A stretch of DNA of 64,000 nucleotides from the NCBI GenBank assembly GCA_950097015.1, contig CATNEN010000033.1, forward strand, positions 3,844,001 to 3,908,000, in the 5' to 3' direction. This stretch comes from Macrostomum hystrix. Taxonomy: Eukaryota; Animalia; Platyhelminthes. The translations under genes were made by a program, and so were the position numbers. Below are positions 62,001-64,000 of the stretch, piece by piece. The notes under the pieces are model-generated. The model saw only the letters and a program-made list of their open reading frames with translations. It was not told the DNA's origin and did no database searches. How positions within the stretch are numbered: the stretch's first letter is position 1; the number at the start of each line of letters is the position of its first letter.

Positions 62001-63345
62001 AGAGTAGCCACAAAGTAGCAACAGACTGCTCATAGAGTAGCAACAAAGTAGCAGCAGACTGCTCATAGAGTAGCAACAAAGTAGCAACAGACTGCTCATA
62101 GAGTAGCAACAAAGTAGCAGCAGACTGCTCATAGAGTAGCAACAAAGTAGCAACAGACTGCTCATAGAGTAGCAACAAAGTAGCAACAGGCTGCTCATAG
62201 AGTAGCAGCAGACTGCTCATAGAGTAGCAACAGACTGCTCATAGAGTAGCAACAAAGTAGCAACAGACTGCTCATAGAGTAGCAACAAAGTAGCAGCAGA
62301 CTGCTCATAGAGTAGCAACAAAGTAGCAACAGACTGCTCATAGAGTAGAAACAAAGTAGCAGCAGACTGCTCATAGAGTAGCAACAAAGTAGCAGCAGAC
62401 TGCTCATAGAGTAGCAACAAAGTAGCAACAGACTGCTCATAGAGTAGCAACAAAGTAGCAACAGACTGCTCATAGAGTAGCAACAAAGTAGCAGCAGACT
62501 GCTCATAGAGTAGCAACAAAGTAGCAACAGACTGCTCATAGAGTAGAAACAAAGTAGCAACAGGCTGCTCATAGAGTAGCAGCAGACTGCTCATAGAGTA
62601 GCAACAGACTGCTCATAGAGTAGCAGCAGACTGCTCATAGAGTAGCAGCAGACTGCTCATAGAGTAGCAGCAGACTGCTCATAGAGTAGCAACAGGCTGC
62701 TCATATAGTAGCAACAGACTGCTCATAGAGTAGCAACAGGCTGCTCATAGAGTAGCAACAGGCTGCTCATAGAGTAGCAACAGGCTGCTCATAAAGTAGC
62801 AACAGACTGCTCATAGAGTAGCAACAGACTGCTCACAAAAGAGTACTTACGCGTCGTAGCAGAGGGTGAATTGAAGTTTGTTGAAGAAAGCAGCTTTCAA
62901 GTCACGGAAGGGTGATAGTCGCAAGTCCAATGTCGGCTCCAATGATCTGCAGGTGTCTTCAACAAAAGCGAAGCTGTCGGACCTGGTGCTGCTGACGGAT
63001 GCCTACTCGATGTTCGTAGCCAACCATCTGGCGAAGGTGCTGCGGCCGGCTTGGCGCAAATTCGCCCTGCTGATCGGCGCCAGCCGCTACGGTGGCGTTG
63101 GCGGCTGCGACGACCTTCCCTGCGTGCCGGGCGAACTGCAACGCGCCGCAGCCACTCTGCAGCTGCTGGGCTACCAGACTGTGGTCTGCTGCGACTGGGG
63201 CCGCAACGGCTCCAAGTCCGAGCTTGAAGCCGTGGTGACCGACTTCTGCGACCTGCTGCGAGCAGCCAGCTGGACTGAAGGTGAATTGACACCTGCGTTG
63301 CTTCTGTTCTATTATGCGGCTGCTTGGCGAGGCCACTTTAATTGA
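59044..63345 (+). CDS. MALT1: MALT1-like paracaspase: death-like domain, Ig domain, caspase domain and start of a second caspase-like domain
   Basis: Phase-0 exons 59044-59703, 60245-60652, 60996-61490 and 62953 onward; Ig W...D-x-G-x-Y-x-C spans the first junction; KYALIV...LDGHG (His 60635-60637); FLPVDA; LDMCR (Cys 61200-61202). Orthology versus paralogy to MALT1 is unresolved and the 3' end is uncertain. Confidence 0.85.
59717..60182. mobile_element. Rearranged (foldback) copy of the TTAA-flanked MITE in paracaspase intron 1
   Basis: Inverted homologue of 51436-52015; ~59765-59843 and ~60074-60157 are inverted repeats of each other. Confidence 0.8.
60730..60905. repeat. Degenerate ~43-bp tandem repeat (CCGATATGTATCGAAA...GGATTCCGTCTGA) in paracaspase intron 2
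   Basis: About 4-5 imperfect units. Confidence 0.7.
61528..62835. repeat. 33/21-bp composite minisatellite (GCTCATAGAGTAGCAACAAAGTAGCAACAGACT) in paracaspase intron 3
   Basis: About 1.3 kb array; source of the LLLCCYSMSS ORFs. Confidence 0.95.
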
Positions 63346-63605
63346 GATGCAGCCGCGGAGAGAAGGCTTGGGTGCTTGTGGTGAAATTTACGCCCTTATC
63401 GGCCAACCTCCAAGGCACAGTGGCAGTGTACACTGCCTGACAATCAAAAGGTCAGGTCAGATGTACACACCTGTGTGAGCGTGTGCCTGCGTACAGTATC
63501 TATGTGCGTGTGTACTCAGGAGTCAGCGGAATGGGCAGAATTGCCTCCTCGCTGGCTGCGGGTCTAGTGTCACCAAATGATGTGCCAGTTCCCACAGCCC
63601 GCCTG
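63345..63605 (+). mobile_element. SINE family 1, 3' body only
   Basis: Reverse-complement homologue of 46870-47130 (AATTTACGCCCTT...GATGTACACACCTGTGTGAG...GAATTGCCTCCTCGCTGGCTGCGGGTCTAGTGTCAC). Confidence 0.8.
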
Positions 63606-63690
63606 CAGTTATTTTTTAAAATTTATAATCTGTTCCTCACAGAATAATGATAATCATAACGAATAACTGATACACCAGCCCCGATTGTGT

Positions 63691-63942
63691 AGAAGGCTGC
63701 GTACGGCTGTTCAGTCCATGGACTGGGGGACGCCACACCCACCCTGAAATGCCCCAGATAATGCTGATAGTCTGGTTCCATTTAACAGCTGGGTGAACTA
63801 AAGCGATCACGAGTTAAGTGTCTTGCTAACGGACACAAATTGTTACGGTAATGTGCCAGTAACAGCAGACAGAATAGTCGGGAATCGAACCCCCGACCTT
63901 CAATTCTTGAGTACGACGCTCTAACCGCTAGGCTACTGCTAC
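63691..63942 (-). mobile_element. SINE family 2 copy
   Basis: TAGCCTAGCGGTTAGAGCGTCG (A box), GGTTCGATTCCC (B box), TGTGTCCGTTAGCAAGACACTTAACTC core and the shared tail. Confidence 0.82.
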
Positions 63943-64000
63943 AAGCCCTCCAGAACTCGCAGAGCTAATATGATTAAACAACTCAGGAAGCCTATCTGTC

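Overview
Eukaryotic (metazoan) genomic DNA with spliceosomal introns, GC-rich exons, abundant 18-21 bp minisatellites and many transposons; the style suggests a free-living flatworm such as Macrostomum, but this is inference only. 1-23 kb: mostly purine-rich minisatellites around one intronless 563-aa orphan ORF. 23.3-29.8 kb: a divergent, near-identical pair of intronless inducible hsp70 genes on 2.78-kb inverted arms, each with a TATA box and three heat-shock elements (HSEs). 31-43.7 kb: CIR1, whose 11.9-kb intron holds a hAT MITE and a full-length LOA/R1-type LINE (12-bp TSD, six ~97-bp 5' monomers) inserted into a 5'-truncated Penelope element that ends in a minimal hammerhead ribozyme. 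46.4-50.8 kb: METTL4 followed closely by SMIM8. 52.6-57.6 kb: an intact, very young Ty3/Gypsy element with identical LTRs and a 5-bp TSD, whose LTR promoter carries three perfect HSEs arranged like the hsp70 promoter. 59-63.3 kb: a MALT1-like paracaspase (death-like domain, Ig, caspase domain with GHG and LDMCR) that appears to continue into a second caspase-like domain. The strongest leads are the candidate heat-inducible LTR retrotransposon and the tandem-paracaspase architecture. All alignments and folds were done by eye.
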